Below are positions 25,139 to 34,430 of a DNA stretch of 64,000 bases, piece by piece. Within the stretch, counting starts at the first letter, position 1; the number at the start of each line of letters is the position of its first letter. This DNA is from Botryllus schlosseri. Lineage: Eukaryota. The notes below the pieces were generated by a model. That model did not search any database and had not been told where the DNA came from. It saw only the letters and a list, made by a program, of their open reading frames with translations. Made by a program: the position numbers and the translations under genes. The stretch is from the NCBI GenBank assembly GCA_051294905.1, contig CM119372.1, positions 26,972,001-27,036,000 on the forward strand. The letters run 5' to 3'.

Positions 25139-27898
25139 TCAACTGCAGATTCGCATGGTGTAATGTGACATGCACCCCCGATCTATATTAAGCCCTTGAT
25201 GGAACGTATTGAATTGGTCGATGTATTTCTGTTCAGTGGCCTTGCGCAGGGTTGAGTCCTCGATGTTCCCGGCCAACACGTTAACAATCATATCATTTTC
25301 CGAGTGTCCCGCAGAAGAAAAGTGCTCACCGACAGGCTTCGATCTGTTTCGTTTAGAAATGTCATGTCGATGACTATTTATTCTTCTGTGGAGTGGTTGG
25401 CCAGTTTCGCCAATGTACCACGCAGCATCACATCCCTTTTTGCAACGAATTAAATATATCACATTATCAGATTTGCATGTGTACTGGCCTTTGGTCCTGT
25501 GATTAGTTTGTCCTCTAGTAATCACGGTGCTGGTGTCGAGAATTGGACACGTCTTACACGAAGTTTGTCCGCAATTTTCAACAACGTTTTTTTGTATTGT
25601 ATGAGGTAATCTGCTTTGTACCAAAATGCTTCGCAAGTTTCGAGGTTGTCGGATGGCTAGAAGTGGCCTCCTTGGGAATGCCTCTTTACATTTTGGATCA
25701 TTTTCCAAAATACGTTGGTGTTTCCGTAGCATCTTACGAATCTTTTCCGCCCCGGGAAAATATGTGGTAACCATCGGCACTCTGTGTTCTTTTTTTCCAT
25801 CACTACTACTGCTGCCAAGGAGTTCTTCTCGTGGAACGTTGATAGCCTTGTTAATTTGGATCTTTGTCAGATTTTGATCATATCCAGAATTTATTAGTTC
25901 ATCTCTTAGAACTTGCAGATGATAATCCCTGTCGTCTTTCTTTGAGCAAATACGATGTATACGAAGAGCCTTGCTGTATATTATGCCCTTTTTACAGTGC
26001 ATCGGATGAAAGCTGTGATAGTTCAATATTTTACCGGAGTCCGTTGGTTTACGATAAAGTGATGTGGTAATAGAACTCTCTTCGATATTGACTAGCGTAT
26101 CGAGGAATGGGACGGCGTTCGTCGAGTGTTCCATAGTTAGTCGGATATTTGGATGAAAGCCGTTTATGGACTCGTGAAACTGTTTTAGTGATTCTTCTCC
26201 GTGGGTCCATATCATAAATATATCATCGATATATCTGGTGTAGAATATAGGTCGCAATTTCTGGGTTTCCATAAAATCTTTTTCAAAATGATGCATGAAA
26301 ATATTTGCATATTGTGGAGCAAATTTCGTGCCCATTGCCGTACCTTGAAGTTGTAAAAAAATGTCGTTATTAAATTCGAAGGTATTATGCGTCAACGTGA
26401 ATCTGATGAGCTCCATGATGCTTTCTTTCATTGGGTGACTACTTTCCTCCAAGGATCTTTCCACAGCTTTCATACCATCACTATGTGGAATGCTCGTGTA
26501 TAGTGACGAAACGTCCATGGTAGCTAATATAGTGCCTGGTTTCAATTTCTTGAAATGCTTGAGTTTGTTCAAGAAATCTGTTGTGTCCCGGCAAAAACTG
26601 GGTGTGCTTTTCACCAATGGTTTGAGATGTGTTTCCACGTATCCAGATATTTTTTCTGTTAGCGTGTTGTTGCACGAGACAATGGGGCGTCCAGGAATGT
26701 TCGCCTTGTGTAGTTTCGGAAGCAGATAAAAGCGGGCGAGGCAAGGATCAGCAGGCTTATTGATTTTCGATTTCTCTTCTTCACACATGTCTAAAGATTT
26801 GATAATGTCCCTCAATTCCTTTGTGTGTTGTTTTGTTGGGTCATTTGCTAATTTTTTGTACGAATCGGTGTCGTTCAGCTGCCTGTAACCTTCTTCTAGG
26901 TAGTCTTTCAAATCCATAACGACTACTTTTCCTCCTTTATCTGCAGGCTTTACCACGATGTCATGGTCATGTTTTAGTTCCCTTATTGCTCTTCTCTGCT
27001 CATTTGTGAGATTTTCGTCGTGGTTTCTTTTCCAATTGTCAGATTTGCTGATGAATGTTGCATTTAACTCATTGTGAAAACTTTCCAGATATTTATCCAA
27101 ATTAGCGTTTTCGCCGTGTGGTGCCCTCCATTTTATATTTTTCTTCGGTTTCTTGCTGAGTATTTGCTCATTTGTATTCTGGACATTTTGAGACCCATCG
27201 TTTTTCGAATTGGTATCGTAGAAATGAAATTCATTTCTCATTTTTCTGTCAAATTCGTCTGCGTCTCCGGCGAGCACGTACGGATCTAGTTTTTGTGCAG
27301 GACAGAATTTCAAATTCAGACTGAGCACTTCTATTTGAGATTGGCTCAGTGTTTTGCTAGACAGATTTGCGATAGCCAGATTTGATTCATTGCTTTCAGC
27401 TGTTGCACCAGGAGGCAGTGATATTTCAGATTGCTGTCTTTCCGTTAGTAATTGCGTAATTTTTTTCTCCTTCTGCATGATCATCTCTTTTACTTCCTTT
27501 GTCGAAATATTTCGAACTACTTCACGCAACTCTCGTTGTGATTCGGGATTGGCAACTAAATTTATGGTATACTCAATATCGTACCTGAGCTTTGCTCTGC
27601 TTCTGTAATGCACATCAGTCAGATGTGCCATCAATTTCTTCGACATTCGTCGAGCCAAATTTTCGGAGTATGTTGTCCTGAAGGTGTTACGTAAAGGATT
27701 CTGAATTCGTAGACCCTTTGGGATCAGGTCGCGCTTTTTGCATTCGGACAGAAAAAAGATGTCCGCGTTTTTGCGAGCAATCTTCTTTGCGATTCTTTCC
27801 ACTTTAACTCGGCATTTTCTGGTGTGATCCATAGTTGAATAATTCTTTGGGCCGATAGCAGACGATATAGATAATATTAGGATCTTGGTTGTTTTCAC
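25139..27898 (-). CDS. Penelope-like RT-GIY-YIG polyprotein, copy 4 (intact)
   Basis: Translation matches copy 1; first ATG at 27832. Confidence 0.96.
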   Translation of the reverse strand: MKTTKILILSISSAIGPKNYSTMDHTRKCRVKVERIAKKIARKNADIFFLSECKKRDLIPKGLRIQNPLRNTFRTTYSENLARRMSKKLMAHLTDVHYRSRAKLRYDIEYTINLVANPESQRELREVVRNISTKEVKEMIMQKEKKITQLLTERQQSEISLPPGATAESNESNLAIANLSSKTLSQSQIEVLSLNLKFCPAQKLDPYVLAGDADEFDRKMRNEFHFYDTNSKNDGSQNVQNTNEQILSKKPKKNIKWRAPHGENANLDKYLESFHNELNATFISKSDNWKRNHDENLTNEQRRAIRELKHDHDIVVKPADKGGKVVVMDLKDYLEEGYRQLNDTDSYKKLANDPTKQHTKELRDIIKSLDMCEEEKSKINKPADPCLARFYLLPKLHKANIPGRPIVSCNNTLTEKISGYVETHLKPLVKSTPSFCRDTTDFLNKLKHFKKLKPGTILATMDVSSLYTSIPHSDGMKAVERSLEESSHPMKESIMELIRFTLTHNTFEFNNDIFLQLQGTAMGTKFAPQYANIFMHHFEKDFMETQKLRPIFYTRYIDDIFMIWTHGEESLKQFHESINGFHPNIRLTMEHSTNAVPFLDTLVNIEESSITTSLYRKPTDSGKILNYHSFHPMHCKKGIIYSKALRIHRICSKKDDRDYHLQVLRDELINSGYDQNLTKIQINKAINVPREELLGSSSSDGKKEHRVPMVTTYFPGAEKIRKMLRKHQRILENDPKCKEAFPRRPLLAIRQPRNLRSILVQSRLPHTIQKNVVENCGQTSCKTCPILDTSTVITRGQTNHRTKGQYTCKSDNVIYLIRCKKGCDAAWYIGETGQPLHRRINSHRHDISKRNRSKPVGEHFSSAGHSENDMIVNVLAGNIEDSTLRKATEQKYIDQFNTFHQGLNIDRGCMSHYTMRICS

Positions 27899-27941
27899 AC
27901 CCTATTTACCGTCCACTTGCAACGTAATAATTTTATTTATT

Positions 27942-27978
27942 ACACGAGCTTTCGGAGCTCCGCTCCTTCTTCAGGTGT
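27942..27978 (-). ncRNA. Minimal hammerhead ribozyme motif
   Basis: Same motif as 31335-31371, reverse complement. Confidence 0.85.
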
Positions 27979-28197
27979 TGAAATGAAAATAACGCAAAGC
28001 GATTCTGGATTCAAACATATACGCGTATTGTGACATCACAGAGAAGATAACTTTCAGGCCTAAAAAGTTTGTACCTTTGTGACGTCATAAACAATATAAT
28101 CGAGATTGTAATTTGAAAGGACTACAGCAAGTTATGGCACTGAAAATGAGGTTTGAAAGCGTATATACAATGATTAAATACATATGCACCGAATTTC

Positions 28198-29402
28198 TCA
28201 ACTGCAGATTCGCATGGTGTAATGTGACATGCACCCCCGATCTATATTAAGCCCTTGATGGAATGTATTGAATTGGTCGATGTATTTCTGTTCAGTGGCC
28301 TTGCGCAGGGTTGAGTCCTCGATGTTCCCGGCCAACACGTTAACAATCATATCATTTTCCGAGTGTCCCGCAGAAGAAAAGTGCTCACCGACAGGCTTCG
28401 ATCTGTTTCGTTTAGAAATGTCATGTCGATGACTATTTATTCTTCTGTGGAGTGGTTGGCCAGTTTCGCCAATGTACCACGCAGCATCACATCCCTTTTT
28501 GCAACGAATTAAATATATCACATTATCAGATTTGCATGTGTACTGGCCTTTGGTCCTGTGATTAGTTTGTCCTCTAGTAATCACGGTGCTGGTGTCGAGA
28601 ATTGGACACGTCTTACACGAAGTTTGTCCGCAATTTTCAACAACGTTTTTTTGTATTGTATGAGGTAATCTGCTTTGTACCAAAATGCTTCGCAAGTTTC
28701 GAGGTTGTCGGATGGCTAGAAGTGGCCTCCTTGGGAATGCCTCTTTACATTTTGGATCATTTTCCAAAATACGTTGGTGTTTCCGTAGCATCTTACGAAT
28801 CTTTTCCGCCCCGGGAAAATATGTGGTAACCATCGGCACTCTGTGTTCTTTTTTTCCATCACTACTACTGCTGCCAAGGAGTTCTTCTCGTGGAACGTTG
28901 ATAGCCTTGTTAATTTGGATCTTTGTCAGATTTTGATCATATCCAGAATTTATTAGTTCATCTCTTAGAACTTGCAGATGATAATCCCCGTCGTCTTTCT
29001 TTGAGCAAATACGATGTATACGAAGAGCCTTGCTGTATATTATGCCCTTTTTACAGTGCATCGGATGAAAGCTGTGATAGTTCAATATTTTACCGGAGTC
29101 CGTTGGTTTACGATAAAGTGATGTGGTAATAGAACTCTCTTCGATATTGACTAGCGTATCGAGGAATGGGACGGCGTTCGTCGAGTGTTCCATAGTTAGT
29201 CGGATATTTGGATGAAAGCCGTTTATGGACTCGTGAAACTGTTTTAGTGATTCTTCTCCGTGGGTCCATATCATAAATATATCATCGATATATCTGGTGT
29301 AGAATATAGGTCGCAATTTCTGGGTTTCCATAAAATCTTTTTCAAAATGATGCATGAAAATATTTGCATATTGTGGAGCAAATTTCGTGCCCATTGCCGT
29401 AC
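28198..29402 (-). pseudogene. 5'-truncated Penelope-like ORF, copy 5 (from TAMGTKF onward)
   Basis: Matches the C-terminal ~400 codons; truncated at the inversion junction; one R>G change (KDDGDY). Confidence 0.93.
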
Positions 29403-29403
29403 G

Positions 29404-31115
29404 TAGCAAATGACCCAACAAAACAACACACAAAGGAATTGAGGGACATTATCAAATCTTTAGACATGTGTGAAGAAGAGAAATCGAAAATCAATAAGCC
29501 TGCTGATCCTTGCCTCGCCCGCTTTTATCTGCTTCCGAAACTACACAAGGCGAACATTCCTGGACGCCCCATTGTCTCGTGCAACAACACGCTAACAGAA
29601 AAAATATCTGGATACGTGGAAACACATCTCAAACCATTGGTGAAAAGCACACCCAGTTTTTGCCGGGACACAACAGATTTCTTGAACAAACTCAAGCATT
29701 TCAAGAAATTGAAACCAGGCACTATATTAGCTACCATGGACGTTTCGTCACTATACACGAGCATTCCACATAGTGATGGTATGAAAGCTGTGGAAAGATC
29801 CTTGGAGGAAAGTAGTCACCCAATGAAAGAAAGCATCATGGAGCTCATCAGATTCACGTTGACGCATAATACCTTCGAATTTAATAACGACATTTTTTTA
29901 CAACTTCAAGGTACGGCAATGGGCACGAAATTTGCTCCACAATATGCAAATATTTTCATGCATCATTTTGAAAAAGATTTTATGGAAACCCAGAAATTGC
30001 GACCTATATTCTACACCAGATATATCGATGATATATTTATGATATGGACCCACGGAGAAGAATCACTAAAACAGTTTCACGAGTCCATAAACGGCTTTCA
30101 TCCAAATATCCGACTAACTATGGAACACTCGACGAACGCCGTCCCATTCCTCGATACGCTAGTCAATATCGAAGAGAGTTCTATTACCACATCACTTTAT
30201 CGTAAACCAACGGACTCCGGTAAAATATTGAACTATCACAGCTTTCATCCGATGCACTGTAAAAAGGGCATAATATACAGCAAGGCTCTTCGTATACATC
30301 GTATTTGCTCAAAGAAAGACGACAGGGATTATCATCTGCAAGTTCTAAGAGATGAACTAATAAATTCTGGATATGATCAAAATCTGACAAAGATCCAAAT
30401 TAACAAGGCTATCAACGTTCCACGAGAAGAACTCCTTGGCAGCAGTAGTAGTGATGGAAAAAAAGAACACAGAGTGCCGATGGTTACCACATATTTTCCC
30501 GGGGCGGAAAAGATTCGTAAGATGCTACGGAAACACCAACGTATTTTGGAAAATGATCCAAAATGTAAAGAGGCATTCCCAAGGAGGCCACTTCTAGCCA
30601 TCCGACAACCTCGAAACTTGCGAAGCATTTTGGTACAAAGCAGATTACCTCATACAATACAAAAAAACGTTGTTGAAAATTGCGGACAAACTTCGTGTAA
30701 GACGTGTCCAATTCTCGACACCAGCACCGTGATTACTAGAGGACAAACTAATCACAGGACCAAAGGCCAGTACACATGCAAATCTGATAATGTGATATAT
30801 TTAATTCGTTGCAAAAAGGGATGTGATGCTGCGTGGTACATTGGCGAAACTGGCCAACCACTCCACAGAAGAATAAATAGTCATCGACATGACATTTCTA
30901 AACGAAACAGATCGAAGCCTGTCGGTGAGCACTTTTCTTCTGCGGGACACTCGGAAAATGATATGATTGTTAACGTGTTGGCCGGGAACATCGAGGACTC
31001 AACCCTGCGCAAGGCCACTGAACAGAAATACATCGACCAATTCAATACGTTCCATCAAGGGCTTAATATAGATCGGGGGTGCATGTCACATTACACCATG
31101 CGAATCTGCAGTTGA
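29404..31115 (+). pseudogene. 5'-truncated Penelope-like ORF, copy 6 (from ANDPTK onward)
   Basis: Matches the C-terminal ~570 codons in the opposite orientation; starts at the inversion junction. Confidence 0.93.
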
Positions 31116-31334
31116 GAAATTCGGTGCATATGTATTTAATCATTGTATATACGCTTTCAAACCTCATTTTCAGTGCCATAACTTGCTGTAGTCCTTTCAA
31201 ATTACAATCTCGATTATATTGTTTATGACGTCACAAAGGTACAAACTTTTTAGGCCTGAAAGTTATCTTCTCTGTGATGTCACAATACGCGTATATGTTT
31301 GAATCCAGAATCGCTTTGCGTTATTTTCATTTCA

Positions 31335-31371
31335 ACACCTGAAGAAGGAGCGGAGCTCCGAAAGCTCGTGT
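31335..31371 (+). ncRNA. Minimal type I hammerhead ribozyme motif
   Basis: Stem I ACAC/GUGU; core CUGAAGA; stem II GGAGC-GGA-GCUCC; GAAA; palindromic AGCU in place of stem III; predicted cleavage after CUC at 31367. Confidence 0.87.
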
Positions 31372-31414
31372 AATAAATAAAATTATTACGTTGCAAGTGG
31401 ACGGTAAATAGGGT

Positions 31415-34174
31415 GTGAAAACAACCAAGATCCTAATATTATCTATATCGTCTGCTATCGGCCCAAAGAATTATTCAACTATGGATCACACCAGAAAATG
31501 CCGAGTTAAAGTGGAAAGAATCGCAAAGAAGATTGCTCGCAAAAACGCGGACATCTTTTTTCTGTCCGAATGCAAAAAGCGCGACCTGATCCCAAAGGGT
31601 CTACGAATTCAGAATCCTTTACGTAACACCTTCAGGACAACATACTCCGAAAATTTGGCTCGACGAATGTCGAAGAAATTGATGGCACATCTGACTGATG
31701 TGCATTACAGAAGCAGAGCAAAGCTCAGGTACGATATTGAGTATACCATAAATTTAGTTGCCAATCCCGAATCACAACGAGAGTTGCGTGAAGTAGTTCG
31801 AAATATTTCGACAAAGGAAGTAAAAGAGATGATCATGCAGAAGGAGAAAAAAATTACGCAATTACTAACGGAAAGACAGCAATCTGAAATATCACTGCCT
31901 CCTGGTGCAACAGCTGAAAGCAATGAATCAAATCTGGCTATCGCAAATCTGTCTAGCAAAACACTGAGCCAATCTCAAATAGAAGTGCTCAGTCTGAATT
32001 TGAAATTCTGTCCTGCACAAAAACTAGATCCGTACGTGCTCGCCGGAGACGCAGACGAATTTGACAGAAAAATGAGAAATGAATTTCATTTCTACGATAC
32101 CAATTCGAAAAACGATGGGTCTCAAAATGTCCAGAATACAAATGAGCAAATACTCAGCAAGAAACCGAAGAAAAATATAAAATGGAGGGCACCACACGGC
32201 GAAAACGCTAATTTGGATAAATATCTGGAAAGTTTTCACAATGAGTTAAATGCAACATTCATCAGCAAATCTGACAATTGGAAAAGAAACCACGACGAAA
32301 ATCTCACAAATGAGCAGAGAAGAGCAATAAGGGAACTAAAACATGACCATGACATCGTGGTAAAGCCTGCAGATAAAGGAGGAAAAGTAGTCGTTATGGA
32401 TTTGAAAGACTACCTAGAAGAAGGTTACAGGCAGCTGAACGACACCGATTCGTACAAAAAATTAGCAAATGACCCAACAAAACAACACACAAAGGAATTG
32501 AGGGACATTATCAAATCTTTAGACATGTGTGAAGAAGAGAAATCGAAAATCAATAAGCCTGCTGATCCTTGCCTCGCCCGCTTTTATCTGCTTCCGAAAC
32601 TACACAAGGCGAACATTCCTGGACGCCCCATTGTCTCGTGCAACAACACGCTAACAGAAAAAATATCTGGATACGTGGAAACACATCTCAAACCATTGGT
32701 GAAAAGCACACCCAGTTTTTGCCGGGACACAACAGATTTCTTGAACAAACTCAAGCATTTCAAGAAATTGAAACCAGGCACTATATTAGCTACCATGGAC
32801 GTTTCGTCACTATACACGAGCATTCCACATAGTGATGGTATGAAAGCTGTGGAAAGATCCTTGGAGGAAAGTAGTCACCCAATGAAAGAAAGCATCATGG
32901 AGCTCATCAGATTCACGTTGACGCATAATACCTTCGAATTTAATAACGACATTTTTTTACAACTTCAAGGTACGGCAATGGGCACGAAATTTGCTCCACA
33001 ATATGCAAATATTTTCATGCATCATTTTGAAAAAGATTTTATGGAAACCCAGAAATTGCGACCTATATTCTACACCAGATATATCGATGATATATTTATG
33101 ATATGGACCCACGGAGAAGAATCACTAAAACAGTTTCACGAGTCCATAAACGGCTTTCATCCAAATATCCGACTAACTATGGAACACTCGACGAACGCCG
33201 TCCCATTCCTCGATACGCTAGTCAATATCGAAGAGAGTTCTATTACCACATCACTTTATCGTAAACCAACGGACTCCGGTAAAATATTGAACTATCACAG
33301 CTTTCATCCGATGCACTGTAAAAAGGGCATAATATACAGCAAGGCTCTTCGTATACATCGTATTTGCTCAAAGAAAGACGACAGGGATTATCATCTGCAA
33401 GTTCTAAGAGATGAACTAATAAATTCTGGATATGATCAAAATCTGACAAAGATCCAAATTAACAAGGCTATCAACGTTCCACGAGAAGAACTCCTTGGCA
33501 GCAGTAGTAGTGATGGAAAAAAAGAACACAGAGTGCCGATGGTTACCACATATTTTCCCGGGGCGGAAAAGATTCGTAAGATGCTACGGAAACACCAACG
33601 TATTTTGGAAAATGATCCAAAATGTAAAGAGGCATTCCCAAGGAGGCCACTTCTAGCCATCCGACAACCTCGAAACTTGCGAAGCATTTTGGTACAAAGC
33701 AGATTACCTCATACAATACAAAAAAACGTTGTTGAAAATTGCGGACAAACTTCGTGTAAGACGTGTCCAATTCTCGACACCAGCACCGTGATTACTAGAG
33801 GACAAACTAATCACAGGACCAAAGGCCAGTACACATGCAAATCTGATAATGTGATATATTTAATTCGTTGCAAAAAGGGATGTGATGCTGCGTGGTACAT
33901 TGGCGAAACTGGCCAACCACTCCACAGAAGAATAAATAGTCATCGACATGACATTTCTAAACGAAACAGATCGAAGCCTGTCGGTGAGCACTTTTCTTCT
34001 GCGGGACACTCGGAAAATGATATGATTGTTAACGTGTTGGCCGGGAACATCGAGGACTCAACCCTGCGCAAGGCCACTGAACAGAAATACATCGACCAAT
34101 TCAATACGTTCCATCAAGGGCTTAATATAGATCGGGGGTGCATGTCACATTACACCATGCGAATCTGCAGTTGA
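31415..34174 (+). CDS. Penelope-like RT-GIY-YIG polyprotein, copy 7 (intact)
   Basis: Translation matches copy 1; first ATG at 31481. Confidence 0.96.
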   Translation: MKTTKILILSISSAIGPKNYSTMDHTRKCRVKVERIAKKIARKNADIFFLSECKKRDLIPKGLRIQNPLRNTFRTTYSENLARRMSKKLMAHLTDVHYRSRAKLRYDIEYTINLVANPESQRELREVVRNISTKEVKEMIMQKEKKITQLLTERQQSEISLPPGATAESNESNLAIANLSSKTLSQSQIEVLSLNLKFCPAQKLDPYVLAGDADEFDRKMRNEFHFYDTNSKNDGSQNVQNTNEQILSKKPKKNIKWRAPHGENANLDKYLESFHNELNATFISKSDNWKRNHDENLTNEQRRAIRELKHDHDIVVKPADKGGKVVVMDLKDYLEEGYRQLNDTDSYKKLANDPTKQHTKELRDIIKSLDMCEEEKSKINKPADPCLARFYLLPKLHKANIPGRPIVSCNNTLTEKISGYVETHLKPLVKSTPSFCRDTTDFLNKLKHFKKLKPGTILATMDVSSLYTSIPHSDGMKAVERSLEESSHPMKESIMELIRFTLTHNTFEFNNDIFLQLQGTAMGTKFAPQYANIFMHHFEKDFMETQKLRPIFYTRYIDDIFMIWTHGEESLKQFHESINGFHPNIRLTMEHSTNAVPFLDTLVNIEESSITTSLYRKPTDSGKILNYHSFHPMHCKKGIIYSKALRIHRICSKKDDRDYHLQVLRDELINSGYDQNLTKIQINKAINVPREELLGSSSSDGKKEHRVPMVTTYFPGAEKIRKMLRKHQRILENDPKCKEAFPRRPLLAIRQPRNLRSILVQSRLPHTIQKNVVENCGQTSCKTCPILDTSTVITRGQTNHRTKGQYTCKSDNVIYLIRCKKGCDAAWYIGETGQPLHRRINSHRHDISKRNRSKPVGEHFSSAGHSENDMIVNVLAGNIEDSTLRKATEQKYIDQFNTFHQGLNIDRGCMSHYTMRICS

Positions 34175-34393
34175 GAAATTCGGTGCATATGTATTTAATC
34201 ATTGTATATACGCTTTCAAACCTCATTTTCAGTGCCATAACTTGCTGTAGTCCTTTCAAATTACAATCTCGATTATATTGTTTATGACGTCACAAAGGTA
34301 CAAACTTTTTAGGCCTGAAAGTTATCTTCTCTGTGATGTCACAATACGCGTATATGTTTGAATCCAGAATCGCTTTGCGTTATTTTCATTTCA

Positions 34394-34430
34394 ACACCTG
34401 AAGAAGGAGCGGAGCTCCGAAAGCTCGTGT
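34394..34430 (+). ncRNA. Minimal hammerhead ribozyme motif (terminal pLTR)
   Basis: Identical to 31335-31371, 3059 bp downstream. Confidence 0.85.

Noticed and set aside
28198..31115. 411-aa and 583-aa ORFs crossing the inversion junction as novel fusion genes
   Set aside because: Their N-termini are a few antisense codons with non-ATG starts; they are by-products of truncation.
31404..31468. Possible 5'-UTR intron (GTAAAT...AAAG) in the PLE leader
   Set aside because: No convincing polypyrimidine tract or acceptor; cannot be supported without transcripts.
14808..33770. Recurrent 68-87 aa antisense/alternate-frame ORFs in each unit
   Set aside because: They recur only because the DNA is duplicated; no recognisable motifs and mostly non-ATG starts.
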